A stretch of DNA of 64,000 nucleotides from Lama glama (Eukaryota). Position 1 is the stretch's first letter, and each line of letters starts with the position of its first letter. Position numbers and translations under genes: made by a program. Below are positions 62,951 through 64,000 of this stretch, one piece after another. The DNA lies in the NCBI GenBank assembly GCA_028534125.1, contig CM052817.1, positions 66,714,001 through 66,778,000 on the forward strand, given 5' to 3'. Below the pieces are notes generated by a model. It was given only the letters and a program-made list of their open reading frames with translations. It searched no databases and was not told the DNA's origin.

Positions 62951-64000
62951 TTTTAATACCGCCAAGAGTTAAGAATCAACACTGGTTGCATAAACCCCTT
63001 CTTGCCTTGGCTTGTGGAAGTCAACACATCCTTCCTTATCTCAGAACTCTGCTGTGCAGACCCTCCTCACGGTAAAAGTTGACATGAGAGTGATGTGCCT
63101 TTTTGCACTTCATGGTCCTAAACTAGGGTACAATTTCTAGCTGTACAACTTTTGATGGGGTTCAGGAATAATGGCCTAGCTCTACTCTATCTGACTTCCT
63201 TTTAGAAGCCCATCTCAACACTATCTCTCCCAGAGGAGTAATGAGAAAAAGTAGCAGATGTATTTCATTTAACAACTATGAATGGTTTATCAGTATCCTC
63301 TGCATTTCACTCTGTGCTATGTCTTGCAACCACAATAAATCCATCAGCAACCCCTTTCTTCTCAGTCATACACAAGGTATGTTATGTGGTAAGATAAGAG
63401 AAAGGTTTCACGATACTGTCTCAAAGTCCTGAAATGCAATTTGCCTAGCCAGAAGCCCGGCTCTTATTTTAGGGAACTAAATGCTCTCTTGCATTTTTCC
63501 CTTGCGCTTTGATTTCTGAATGCCAGCAGGTTTTATATCCTCAGTTTTGTAATGTTGCTTATTGATGGGGAAAAAAGGGTAAAGCTGAAATGTGTTGCTT
63601 TCCCACTGCCAGCCAGTGGGAAACAGCAGGGCACCGTTCTCAGAGCAGATCTATTCTTCCCTTGTTCTCTTCCTGTTAAAAAGCTTTGTTTTTGCAGCCT
63701 TGAGCTGTCTTTCCAGTCAGCTCATTATGGCGTTAGCCTTTCCGTGACAACTTTTGCAGAATGACACCATACTGTAATGCTTGTCCTGTGACATGGCTCT
63801 GTTTATTTTTGTCCTTTGGTATGCTGAAGATGCCAGGACGCTTCCAGTGAAACAGCATTGCTTTTGCTTTTCCCTCCTGCCCAGTTAGCCATTTTATGGT
63901 TAAGACTTCTCTTCTAGATGCTCAACCCCTCCTTAGGCTGTGTTATTTTTTTCAGTCTCAGATTCTGAGCAAATTTGCCTCCTTATCTATCATGAGCCTT

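Overview
AT-rich, CpG-depleted mammalian non-coding DNA (intergenic or deep intronic), very probably camelid (alpaca/llama/camel): it carries three tRNA-derived Vic-1-type SINEs and three copies of one young LINE-1 family. I cannot support any intact protein-coding gene, RNA gene or CRISPR array; most tracked ORFs are repeat-derived or chance. The window is a layered record of mobile DNA: ancient MIR, L2, L3/CR1, hAT DNA transposons, MaLR/ERVL and Gypsy-like LTRs; older antisense L1s; and young insertions, most with readable target-site duplications (TSDs). Two 500-N assembly gaps both fall inside young L1s. Most worth following up: an L1 with a ~63-bp TSD, a young ERV solo LTR with a 3x51-bp GATA-containing repeat, two intact CRE palindromes (one followed by a strong splice donor), and a unique minus-strand ORF at 42.6-43.0 kb that gains a signal-peptide-like N-terminus after one 1-nt frameshift correction. 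Family and subfamily names come from recall of consensus sequences and need RepeatMasker/Dfam confirmation; boundaries of old repeats are approximate.
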